50,974 bases of DNA, from NCBI GenBank assembly GCA_043804965.1, contig JAZDIO010000219.1, positions 1 through 50,974 of the forward strand. The letters run 5' to 3'. Positions 1 through 7,882 of this stretch are shown piece after piece. The notes beneath the pieces are model-generated. The model searched no databases. It had not been told where the DNA came from and was given only the letters and a program-made list of their open reading frames with translations. This DNA comes from Candidatus Firestoneibacteriota bacterium (lineage in GTDB: Bacteria > Oederibacteriota > D2-FULL-39-29). How positions within the stretch are numbered: position 1 is the stretch's first letter; each line of letters opens with the position of its first letter. Made by a program: the position numbers and the translations under genes.

Positions 1-1
1 G

Positions 2-106
2 GCTTATCTTTTATTGGCCCAACAGGAAGAGGAAATTAGCAACAAAACAGAAGCTCCAAAGAAAGGTGCTCCTAAAGAAAAGAAGAGTAAGATCTCCTAC
101 CTTTAA
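2..106 (+). CDS. 3' end of a gene cut by the window edge; product unknown (tail ...AYLLLAQQEEEISNKTEAPKKGAPKEKKSKISYL*)
   Basis: Open frame from the window edge to TAA at 104-106, followed by the terminator at 195-222. Absent from the ORF track because it is truncated. Confidence 0.3.
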   Translation, partial: AYLLLAQQEEEISNKTEAPKKGAPKEKKSKISYL

Positions 107-194
107 TGCAAGTTTGAAATATTAAACTTGTCCGCTTTAGCGAGATCTCGTCTTTGGCGGAAAATTCAAAACAAGGAAAATTATAATAAAAAAA

Positions 195-222
195 GCCCCG
201 CATTTTTCTGCGGGGCTTTTTT
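195..222. terminator. Bidirectional rho-independent terminator
   Basis: 8-bp GC-rich stem GCCCCGCA (195-202) / TGCGGGGC (209-216) with a 6-nt loop. An A7 run lies upstream and a T6 run downstream, so a U-tract follows the hairpin on either strand. It serves the + gene ending at 106 and the - gene ending at 387. Confidence 0.8.
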
Positions 223-224
223 CG

Positions 225-380
225 TTTTTATGACGTCACTGCCAAAGAAAACAGCTCAGAACTCGTGAGCTCGCGGGACGTGCCCTGCACCATTACGGTA
301 CAGGGTGGTAAATTTGGCATGAATAATTGAAAATCTCCTATCGTCGAAACTCCGTGCGTAAGCTCGGAGAGGTTCATAAG
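225..380 (-). ncRNA. Structured repeat element, copy A, in the 3' trailer of the alpha-oxoamine synthase mRNA
   Basis: Homologous to 1808-1945 (same strand) and to 35447-35505. Contains the 30-nt core hairpin (375-346), a helix TGCCAAA (240-246) / TTTGGCA (313-319), an inner hairpin AGCTCA..TGAGCT, and an extra 9-bp hairpin at 283-305. Confidence 0.55.
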
Positions 381-386
381 CGGCTG

Positions 387-1763
387 TTAAATTACACCTA
401 ATTCTTTACCTACTTTTTTAAACTTATCCAGTACAAAAGACATTTCAGATTCGGTGTGCGTTGCGGTATAACTAGTTCTGATAAGAGCTCCTCCGGGCGG
501 TACTGCGGGAGAAACAACAGGATTTACGAATACGCCTTCTTCTTCAAGGCGTTTACCCATTTTGTAGCATTTATAATCATCTCCAATAAGGATGGGGATA
601 ATCGGAGATTCTGTGTCTCCGGTTTCATAACCTAAATCCTGGTAGCCTTTTTTCATCATTTTAGTTATCTTCCATAAATTAGCGCGTCTTTCCGGTTCGT
701 TTTTAATTATTTCCAGGGATGCAAGAACTGACGCTACATTTGACGGAGGCATTGAAGCCTGAAAGATCTGAGCTCTTGAAGTATGTTTGATGTAATTTAT
801 TGTTCTTTCTTCTGAGGCTATGTATCCTCCGAGAGAAGCAAAGGATTTTGAGAAAGTACCCATTATCATATCGACTTTACTTTCAACCCCGAAATGTTCC
901 GAAACACCCCTGCCGTTTTTTCCGAATACACCTACTGAGTGTGCGTCATCGACCATTACTTTGGCTCCATATTTTTGCGCTATTCTTGTTATCTCGGGAA
1001 GGTTAGCCAGGTCCCCTTCCATTGAAAATACACCATCGACAACCAGAAGTTTTCCGGATTTTGGTTCTGCTTTTGCTATTAATCTTTCCAGATCCTCCAT
1101 GTCATTATGCTTGAACTTGATAGTTTTTGCGAATGAAAGCCTGGTGCCGTCAATAATAGATGCATGATTGGTCCTGTCGCAAAAAATCAGGTCGTCTTTG
1201 CCCGCAATAGAAGAAACAACGCCTACATTTGTGGTAAAACCGGTGGAATACAGGAGAGCGGCTTCTTTTCCTACAAAATCTGCAAGAGCAGCCTCGCATT
1301 TTACATGCAAATCAAGTGTCCCGTTTAAGAATCTCGACCCGGAACAGCCTGTACCGTATTTTTTAAGTGCTTCTATTGCGGCTTCAATTACTTTTGGATG
1401 CGAGGTCAATCCCAGGTAATTATTTGAACCTATCATTATCAGTTTTTTTCCATGGTAAATAACTTCGGTGTCCTGCCCCGATTCAATAGCTCTGAAGTAA
1501 GGGTAAATACCGGCTTTTTTTACCTGATCCGCTGCCGTGAAATTACGGCATTTTTCGAATAGATCGCCTTTTTTTGTTCCTGTTGGAATTATGTATTCAT
1601 CACCAACTTTGAAAATATTTGCGGCTTTCAGTTTTACCTTAAGGCTTTGCTTTGAGTACATATTCTTTACACTCTGCCCAAAGCGCTTTATTCCGATTGC
1701 TTCCCCTTTGTGTTTCCTCATTTTGCGAAGCCGACCGAAAGCTTTCATTTTTTTCATTACCAT
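387..1763 (-). CDS. PLP-dependent alpha-oxoamine synthase (serine palmitoyltransferase / KBL / BioF family) with a basic N-terminal extension
   Basis: PLP-lysine motif GTFSKSFASLGGY, plus GSNNYLGL, DDAHSVG and ASMPPS. The C-terminus ...IRTSYTATHT...GKELGVI resembles KBL/SPT. The ORF-track start (TTG 1793) has no SD, whereas ATG 1763 is preceded by AAGGAG with a 7-nt spacer. Confidence 0.85.
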   Translation of the reverse strand: MVMKKMKAFGRLRKMRKHKGEAIGIKRFGQSVKNMYSKQSLKVKLKAANIFKVGDEYIIPTGTKKGDLFEKCRNFTAADQVKKAGIYPYFRAIESGQDTEVIYHGKKLIMIGSNNYLGLTSHPKVIEAAIEALKKYGTGCSGSRFLNGTLDLHVKCEAALADFVGKEAALLYSTGFTTNVGVVSSIAGKDDLIFCDRTNHASIIDGTRLSFAKTIKFKHNDMEDLERLIAKAEPKSGKLLVVDGVFSMEGDLANLPEITRIAQKYGAKVMVDDAHSVGVFGKNGRGVSEHFGVESKVDMIMGTFSKSFASLGGYIASEERTINYIKHTSRAQIFQASMPPSNVASVLASLEIIKNEPERRANLWKITKMMKKGYQDLGYETGDTESPIIPILIGDDYKCYKMGKRLEEEGVFVNPVVSPAVPPGGALIRTSYTATHTESEMSFVLDKFKKVGKELGVI

Positions 1764-1807
1764 ACTTCTTCTCCTTTTTAGCCGGTTGGACAAAAAGACC
1801 GGCAGAT

Positions 1808-1945
1808 AATTACTGTTTATGATGTTATGCCGAAGAAAACAGCTCAGAACCCGTGAGCTCGTAGGATGACTTCGGCATGGATAATGAATATTTCATATCA
1901 TCAGAAACTCCGTGCGTAAGCCCTGAGAGTTTCCTAACGTCACTG
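1808..1945 (-). ncRNA. Structured repeat element, copy B, in the 5' leader of the alpha-oxoamine synthase mRNA
   Basis: Same core as copy A (1934-1904). The closing helix ATGCCGAAG (1827-1835) / CTTCGGCAT (1870-1878) carries compensatory changes relative to copy A. It lies between the promoter at 2009-2037 and the start codon at 1763. Confidence 0.55.
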
Positions 1946-1975
1946 GAATTTTACCTTTATAAAATAGGCGTTTTA

Positions 1976-1984
1976 TGATATAAT
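1976..1984 (+). promoter_or_regulatory. Extended -10 element (TGATATAAT) for the SDR gene
   Basis: TGnTATAAT match about 85 nt upstream of ATG 2068. No good -35. Confidence 0.35.
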
Positions 1985-2008
1985 TTTAATAAATAAAGAA
2001 CTGTTATT

Positions 2009-2037
2009 ATTATAAGACCGTATGTCCTAAAAGTCAA
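2009..2037 (-). promoter_or_regulatory. Sigma70-type promoter for the alpha-oxoamine synthase transcript
   Basis: On the - strand: TTGACT (2037-2032), a 17-nt spacer, then TATAAT (2014-2009). Predicted TSS is near 2002, giving a ~240-nt leader that contains repeat copy B. Confidence 0.6.
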
Positions 2038-2067
2038 ATACTATTTAAAGTGAAAGTCGGAGTAAGG

Positions 2068-3060
2068 ATGCGTTTTGAAGGAAAAACAGCTTTTGTTACC
2101 GGTTCAAATGGTTTTGTAGGTTCATTTTTAATTGAGCGTTTATTACAGGAGGGGGCGAAGGTAAAGTGTCTTGTACGTAAAACCAGTAATTTACGATGGC
2201 TAAGGGATTTAAATGTAGAATTAGTTTATGGCGACGTTACTCATGTGAAAAGCTTTCAGGCGAATTTAAAAGACGTTGATTTCATATTCCATATAGCGGC
2301 GTTAAAACATTCTGCGAAAGAGAGTGATTATAAAAAAAATAACGTTATTGCAACCGGGAGCCTGCTGAAAGCCGCGAAGAGTGAAGCTTTAAACCTGAAG
2401 AAATTTATATTTTTAAGCAGCATGGCGGCAATGGGATGTTCAAAAAAAGAAAAGCCCCTATGTGAAACGGATGATTGTACTCCTTTGACTCATTACGGTG
2501 TAAGTAAGGCTGAGGCTGAAAAAATAGTATTTGAGTATCAGAAGTATTTCCCGGTTACGATAATTCGTCCTCCGGCCGTATATGGGCCGAGGGATGAAGA
2601 TATACTCGCGATGTTTAAGGCTGTTAAGGCCGGGGTTCGCCCTGTTTTTGGTATTCAAAAAAGATATATCAGCATGGTTTATATCCTTGATTTAGTAGAA
2701 GCGTTGCTTTTGTCAGCGCTTTCTGAGAAAGCTAACGGCAAAATTTATATAATAGCTGAAGATAAATACTACACCTGGAAGGAAATTCAGGATGCGGTCG
2801 CGAAAGCTTTGGATGTTAAAGCAATTACAATAAAAATTCCGAGAACAATTTTGTTTAGCGCAGCAGTAATAGCCGAATTATTCTCCGGAATAACGGGAAA
2901 GAATGTTTTACTGACAACCCATAAAGTCCGGGAGTTAACCGGAGATTGGGTGTGCAATATCGGAAGAGCAAAAGAAGATCTTTGTTTTAAGCCTGAATAT
3001 GATATAAAAAGAGGCATGCAGTTAACGGCAAAATGGTATATGGAAAATAAATGGCTGTAA
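2068..3060 (+). CDS. NAD(P)-dependent epimerase/dehydratase-family reductase (extended SDR)
   Basis: Rossmann motif TGSNGFVGSFL close to the N-terminus and catalytic YGVSKAEAEK (YxxxK). ATG 2068 is preceded by GGAG; the ORF-track GTG 2050 has no SD. Confidence 0.8.
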   Translation: MRFEGKTAFVTGSNGFVGSFLIERLLQEGAKVKCLVRKTSNLRWLRDLNVELVYGDVTHVKSFQANLKDVDFIFHIAALKHSAKESDYKKNNVIATGSLLKAAKSEALNLKKFIFLSSMAAMGCSKKEKPLCETDDCTPLTHYGVSKAEAEKIVFEYQKYFPVTIIRPPAVYGPRDEDILAMFKAVKAGVRPVFGIQKRYISMVYILDLVEALLLSALSEKANGKIYIIAEDKYYTWKEIQDAVAKALDVKAITIKIPRTILFSAAVIAELFSGITGKNVLLTTHKVRELTGDWVCNIGRAKEDLCFKPEYDIKRGMQLTAKWYMENKWL

Positions 3061-3114
3061 TAAGAACAAATTTGAAGCCCGAAACTCGAAATTCGAAATA
3101 AGGAGGATGATTTT

Positions 3115-3438
3115 ATGGAAGAAAAAATGAAGGATCAGGAGATTTTCAAAATAATGTTTATGCAGCTGCTGTATACGTTTCAGAATGCTGCGGTAATGCA
3201 GCTGGGGAAGATCATGAATCCGATGACAAACAAAATAGAAAAGAATCTTGCGCAGGCCAAAGGTACTATTGAGATGCTTAGAATGCTTAAAGCAAAAACC
3301 GCGGGTAATCTGGAAAAAGAAGAACAGGAGATGATAGATCAGGTAATACTGACTCTTCAGTTAAATTATGCCGATGAGGTTGAACGTGAAAATAAGACTC
3401 CTGAGGTAAAACCTGAAGAGAAGAAAGATAATGGATGA
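3115..3438 (+). CDS. DUF1844-like small protein
   Basis: The pattern ...LGKIMNPMTNKIEKNLAQAKGTIEMLRMLKAKTAGNLEKEE... matches my memory of DUF1844. AGGAGG SD lies 8 nt upstream. Overlaps the next gene by 8 nt. Confidence 0.55.
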   Translation: MEEKMKDQEIFKIMFMQLLYTFQNAAVMQLGKIMNPMTNKIEKNLAQAKGTIEMLRMLKAKTAGNLEKEEQEMIDQVILTLQLNYADEVERENKTPEVKPEEKKDNG

Positions 3439-4798
3439 AAAAGTCCTTACAAAAATAAGGAAAATATTTGACAGAGACAGATTAAAAACCTCCAGAGAGG
3501 AGCTTATTGCGTATTCCTATGACGGATTTATTAAAGAATGCCTTCCTGAGGCTGTTGTTTTTCCTGAGAGTACTGAAGAAGTATCAGAATTGGTTAAGCT
3601 GGCAAATGAGGAAAAGTTCCACCTGACTTCAAGAGGTTCAGGGTCCAATCTTTGCGGCGCTGCAATTCCACAAAAGGGCGGTGTGGTAGTCTGTTTTTCA
3701 AAAATGGATAAGACAATTAAAATAAATAAAGACAATAGGTATGCTGTTGTTCAGGCAGGGAAAATACTGGAAAACTTGCAGAGGGAATTGGAAGATTATG
3801 ATTTGTTTTATCCTATTGATTTGGGGTCAGCGCGTATTGCGACAATAGGCGGTTCTGTGGCGCTTAATTCCGGAGGAATGAGATCTTTGAAATATGGAGT
3901 TACCCGGGATTATCTGATTGGCTTAAAAGTTGTATTGCCGTCAGGGGATATAATAAAAACAGGGGTTTTAACCAGAAAAAATGTTGTCGGTTATGATTTG
4001 AACTCTCTTTTTTGCGGTTCGGAGGGAACTCTCGGGATTGTTACCGAAGTTACCGTCAAACTTATTGTAAAACCAAAATTTATAAAGGTTCTTCTGAATC
4101 ATTATCAGAATATTGATAATGCATGCGACGCAATCAATGAAATAATGGCGAGCGGGGTAATTCCGACAGCTCTTGAGCTTGTTGATAATCTTGTAATTAA
4201 TGCCGTGGAAGATTATGTGAAAATAGGGCTAAAGAAAGATGCGGCTGCTTTTTTATTGATTGAGCTTACGGGAGATAAAGATCAGGTGGAGAGAGATTCA
4301 ATTGTTGTAGAAGCTCTATGTAAAAAGAATAATCCTTCAAGGTCTGAAATATCAAAAAGCGCTGAAGAAAGCGAAAAATTGTGGCTGGCAAGAAAGAGCG
4401 GTTTTGGAAGTATGGCCAGATTTAAGCCGATTTGCATAACCGAAGATGTTACAGTTCCCGTAGCATTTTTATCTGAAACAATTAAATTAATACATGAATT
4501 GAGCAAAAAACACGGAGTTCTTCAAGGGTTGCTCTCTCACGCAGGCGATGGTAATCTTCATCCCCATTTCTTGCTGGATAATAAGAATGAAGAACATAGG
4601 GTTGATGATATTATGGACGAGCTTATGCCTTTTGTAATAAGCGTTGGCGGGACCATATCCGGAGAACACGGGGTGGGGATCGGTAAAAAGAAATTTTTAC
4701 ATTATCAGCTTGATGATAAACAGCTTGGGCTGATGAGGAAGATTAAGAAATTGTTTGACCCGAGCGGGATTTTAAATCCCGGAAGTTTTCTTGATTGA
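3431..4798 (+). CDS. glcD: FAD-linked oxidase, GlcD / D-lactate dehydrogenase family
   Basis: PCMH-type FAD-binding region (RGSGSNLCGAA, IGGSVALNSGG, KNVVGYDL, GSEGTLGIVTE) and C-terminal GEHGVG. Confidence 0.8.
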   Translation: MDEKVLTKIRKIFDRDRLKTSREELIAYSYDGFIKECLPEAVVFPESTEEVSELVKLANEEKFHLTSRGSGSNLCGAAIPQKGGVVVCFSKMDKTIKINKDNRYAVVQAGKILENLQRELEDYDLFYPIDLGSARIATIGGSVALNSGGMRSLKYGVTRDYLIGLKVVLPSGDIIKTGVLTRKNVVGYDLNSLFCGSEGTLGIVTEVTVKLIVKPKFIKVLLNHYQNIDNACDAINEIMASGVIPTALELVDNLVINAVEDYVKIGLKKDAAAFLLIELTGDKDQVERDSIVVEALCKKNNPSRSEISKSAEESEKLWLARKSGFGSMARFKPICITEDVTVPVAFLSETIKLIHELSKKHGVLQGLLSHAGDGNLHPHFLLDNKNEEHRVDDIMDELMPFVISVGGTISGEHGVGIGKKKFLHYQLDDKQLGLMRKIKKLFDPSGILNPGSFLD

Positions 4799-4820
4799 CA
4801 GAGCTGTAAAAAAGGAAAAA

Positions 4821-6005
4821 ATGACAAGAAGAGAAAGAGTGTTAGCTGCGATAAATCATAAAGAACCTGATAGGATACCAAGGGATCTTGGAGGCATGGA
4901 TTCTACGGGCATACACGGTGTTGCTTATAATAAATTAAAAAAATATTTAGGCATTGAAGACGGAAAAACGCTTGTCTATGATCCTTATCAGCAGGTTGTT
5001 AAGGTGGAACTTTCCGTACAGGAGAAAATTAAGGGCGATGTACTTCCTGTAATAATAGAACCTAAAGAGTGGAAGACGGGAATATTGTCCGATGGCAGCG
5101 TATGTGAGATACCAAAAAAGTGGAATGAAAAAATATTGCCGGAGGGAAAAAGGATTGCTCTGAATGATAAAGGCGAAGAGATAGCAGTAATGCCTTCCGG
5201 TTCGTATTATTATGATTCTATTAATCCTCCCTTTTATAATGTTGAAACCCTCGCGGACCTTGATAAAAACTTTAACGCCTTTAAAGGCATGGATTGGCCG
5301 TTTTTTGCGGATGAAACATTTGAGGACATTGAAAGAAGAGCAAAGAGCCTTTATGAAAAAACTGATTTTGCTTTAATGGGTAATTTTTGTGCGCATATCT
5401 TTGCCGGCGGGCAAGGACTCCGGGGCTATGAAAAGTTCATGGAAGACCTGTATGTTAATCCTGAGTTGGCGGAAGCGGTTATGGACAGACTGGCAGAAAC
5501 ATATATCAAGAGATTTGAAAAATATAAAGATACGGTTGGAAAATATGTCCAGATCATAAATGTAAATGATGATCTGGGGACCCAGGAGGCCTTGCAGATA
5601 TCTCCTCTGATGTATCGTGAAAAAGTAAAACCTTATCAGAAAAAACTTTATCAGTATATAAAAAAGAATTGGAAGGGAAAACTTTTTTTTCACAGTTGCG
5701 GCAGTGTTGTTGATATAATACCTGATCTTATAGAGATAGGAATTGACATCCTTAATCCGGTTCAGTATGCGGCCAGAGGGATGGAGGTTAAAGAATTAAA
5801 AAAGAACTTCGGGAAAGATCTGGTTTTTTGGGGCGGAGGGTGCGATACTCAAAAAGTGCTGCCTTTCTCAACATCCGAGAAGATTAGGGAAGAAGTTAAG
5901 AAACAATCCGATATACTGGGTGCCGGAGGAGGTTACGTTTTCTGTCAGGTACACAATATTCAGTATGACATTAAGCCTGAAAATATAATGGCTCTTTACA
6001 CCTAG
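4821..6005 (+). CDS. Uroporphyrinogen decarboxylase (URO-D) family protein, MtaA/CmuA-like
   Basis: N-terminus MTRRERVLAAINHKEPDRIP and the region FHSCGSVVDIIPDLIEIGIDILNPVQ are typical of URO-D-fold enzymes. ATG 4821 has AAGGA upstream; the ORF-track TTG 4791 overlaps the end of glcD. Confidence 0.6.
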   Translation: MTRRERVLAAINHKEPDRIPRDLGGMDSTGIHGVAYNKLKKYLGIEDGKTLVYDPYQQVVKVELSVQEKIKGDVLPVIIEPKEWKTGILSDGSVCEIPKKWNEKILPEGKRIALNDKGEEIAVMPSGSYYYDSINPPFYNVETLADLDKNFNAFKGMDWPFFADETFEDIERRAKSLYEKTDFALMGNFCAHIFAGGQGLRGYEKFMEDLYVNPELAEAVMDRLAETYIKRFEKYKDTVGKYVQIINVNDDLGTQEALQISPLMYREKVKPYQKKLYQYIKKNWKGKLFFHSCGSVVDIIPDLIEIGIDILNPVQYAARGMEVKELKKNFGKDLVFWGGGCDTQKVLPFSTSEKIREEVKKQSDILGAGGGYVFCQVHNIQYDIKPENIMALYT

Positions 6006-6060
6006 AAAAGACGGCTGCCTGGATGTTTGGCCAAAAAAGGAAAAACGAACGGAGGAAAAG

Positions 6061-6546
6061 ATGCAAAAATTATTTTTATTTTTGTTTTGTGCGATAATAT
6101 TTGCCGGATGCGGCGGAACGGCAAAAACAGTTAAAGCGGCGACTCTGCCGGTGAAATATAATATTGGGCTTTCTGAGAATTTTGACGGTGATATAGCTCC
6201 GGGGAATGTCACGGAAATGGTTGTTAAAGAATTGACCTCCTGCAACCAGGTTAAATTTGTGGACAGAAGAAAAATCAAAAGCGCAATTGCCGGGCAGGCG
6301 GCCCTGTTGGCGGAGGGTCCGGCGGACAATATTAAGCTCGGGGAGCCGATGCAGTATATAATAACAGGCTCGGTAATACCCCTGGGATCAAAAATGATAG
6401 TGCGGCTTTCGCTTCTAAACGTACAAACGTCTGCTACCGAATCATCGATAACATTTGAATATAAGAGAGCGGAAGAAATACCAGGCAAAATAAAGGCCGC
6501 GGTTTTGGAGCTAATGCAGCGATTTTCGGGGCAAACGTATAAATGA
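6061..6546 (+). CDS. Small lipoprotein with a CsgG/LpoB-like fold
   Basis: Signal peptide plus lipobox (IFAGCGG). The pattern VKELTSCNQVKFVDRRKI...YIITGSV resembles the periplasmic CsgG/LpoB/FlgO-type fold. GGAGG SD. Stop overlaps the next start (ATGA). Confidence 0.5.
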   Translation: MQKLFLFLFCAIIFAGCGGTAKTVKAATLPVKYNIGLSENFDGDIAPGNVTEMVVKELTSCNQVKFVDRRKIKSAIAGQAALLAEGPADNIKLGEPMQYIITGSVIPLGSKMIVRLSLLNVQTSATESSITFEYKRAEEIPGKIKAAVLELMQRFSGQTYK

Positions 6547-7763
6547 AAGAACTGAATAATCTTCCGGACAGATGCTTAAAATGCGGGTTCTGCCTGAACT
6601 CCTGCCCGGTATACAAAGATCTTAGAGAAGAAATAGTTTCGCCGAGAGGTAAACTCCGTCAAATAAAGGCCCTTTCAAATAACGAGGTAGCCTCCGATAA
6701 ATTTATTTTAAAGGTAATGAAAAATTGCCTGATGTGCGGGGCTTGTTATAAAAATTGTCCGAGTTCGCTTGAAATTCCCGCTGCTATTCAAAATCTAAGA
6801 GAAAAACTATTCAAAAAATACGGTCACGATCTAATAAAACGCGGAATGAAATATGTTATGAATAATAATAACACCCGCGCGCTTTCTGCGTTCTGGGCCA
6901 GGGTTGTTTATAATAATTTTATTGATTCTCTCCCGTTAAAAATTCCCGCCGGAGCTTTGAATTTGAACGATATACCGAAACCTGCAGCGCCGCTTTCTCC
7001 TGTAAAACTAAAAAATGACGGCTCAAAGAAAATATTTTACTTTGCCGGCTGTGTGGATAAATACATCTATGGCGATACGGCAAGGAGTGCTGTAAGAGTT
7101 TTAGGCAAACTTGGCTATGATGTCCTGGTCTCAAAAGATGAAAGATGCTGCGGTGTGCCGATGCTTATAAGCGGAAATACAAAATCAATTATTAAAAATG
7201 CGAGGAGAAATGTTGACCTGATGACCCGTCAATATTTTGACTATATAGTTTTCACCTGCCCTACCTGCGCGGTTGCGTTTAAGGAAAAGTATTACGGAAT
7301 ATTTTACGAGGATCCTGAATATACAAAAAAACTGAAGTTGCTTGAACCTAAATTCCTTGAAATAACGCAGCTTCTGGCGAAAGAAAAAAGATTAAAAACA
7401 ATTATGAATGAGATTTCACTTAAGGCGACATATCATGACCCCTGTCACATGGTGAATACATTGAATGCGATTAAAGAACCAAGAGCTGTAATGGCGATGA
7501 TTCCGGGCCTAACGTATATTGAAATGAACCCTGAAAAAACGGCGCAATGCTGCGGTTCGGGAGGTTTCTATCATGTCTATTTTCCTGATATCTCAAAAAG
7601 GATTGGGAAAGGAAAGGTTGAAACTATCAAGAAAACACGAGTGGAAACAGTCCTTACATCCTGTCCGGCCTGCAAAATGCAGATAAACGGACTACTGCGC
7701 AAAGCAGGGAGTAGTGTAAAAGTAATGCATATAGTTGAACTCATAGATAGGCTGTTGAAGTAA
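6543..7763 (+). CDS. glcF: Fe-S oxidoreductase, GlcF / LutA / HdrD-like (two 4Fe-4S motifs plus two CCG domains)
   Basis: CLKCGFCLNSCP and CLMCGACYKNCP ferredoxin motifs. Cys-rich CCG regions (FAGCVDKY ... CCGVP; YHDPCH ... CCGSGG). Confidence 0.75.
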   Translation: MKELNNLPDRCLKCGFCLNSCPVYKDLREEIVSPRGKLRQIKALSNNEVASDKFILKVMKNCLMCGACYKNCPSSLEIPAAIQNLREKLFKKYGHDLIKRGMKYVMNNNNTRALSAFWARVVYNNFIDSLPLKIPAGALNLNDIPKPAAPLSPVKLKNDGSKKIFYFAGCVDKYIYGDTARSAVRVLGKLGYDVLVSKDERCCGVPMLISGNTKSIIKNARRNVDLMTRQYFDYIVFTCPTCAVAFKEKYYGIFYEDPEYTKKLKLLEPKFLEITQLLAKEKRLKTIMNEISLKATYHDPCHMVNTLNAIKEPRAVMAMIPGLTYIEMNPEKTAQCCGSGGFYHVYFPDISKRIGKGKVETIKKTRVETVLTSCPACKMQINGLLRKAGSSVKVMHIVELIDRLLK

Positions 7764-7784
7764 GGATACTCTTGTGTTAAAATC
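7756..7784 (+). promoter_or_regulatory. Sigma70-type promoter with extended -10
   Basis: TTGAAG (7756-7761), a 17-nt spacer, then TAAAAT (7779-7784) preceded by TGn. Predicted TSS is near 7791. Confidence 0.45.
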
Positions 7785-7832
7785 AATAAAAGGCGGTGTT
7801 ATATGATGGAAGAGGTTATGAGTGCGCCGGAT

Positions 7833-7862
7833 ATTGTAATTTGTCGTTTGTCATTTGTAATT
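7833..7862 (+). promoter_or_regulatory. 30-nt heptad leader box ATTGTAA-TTTGTCG-TTTGTCA-TTTGTAA-TT
   Basis: 28 of 30 nt identical to 46914-46943. It ends 20 nt before the start codon, just upstream of the AAGGAG SD. Confidence 0.55.
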
Positions 7863-7882
7863 TTCTTTTTAAGGAGTAAAAA

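Noticed and set aside
1898-1904. CUGAUGA (hammerhead ribozyme core box) on the - strand within repeat copy B
   Set aside because: It is not conserved in copy A or copy C, which have CGACGAU/CGACGCU at that position. No matching GAAA box or three-stem junction architecture could be drawn.
225-1945. Gene flanked by direct repeats interpreted as an integron cassette (attC), a DGR template/variable repeat pair, or a composite mobile element
   Set aside because: There is no integrase, reverse transcriptase or transposase in the window. The differences between copies are not adenine-specific. The repeats are direct rather than terminal inverted. The 9-nt ACGTCACTG seen at 233-241 and 1937-1945 falls inside the extended homology rather than forming a clean target-site duplication.
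5868-6488. 206-aa ORF on the - strand, and similar long antisense ORFs at 14444-14947, 30444-30944, 39925-40404, 22268-22702 and 28149-28529
   Set aside because: All lie antisense to well-supported genes with clear motifs and SDs. Their translations are low-complexity with no recognisable motif, signal or SD. They are typical shadow ORFs.
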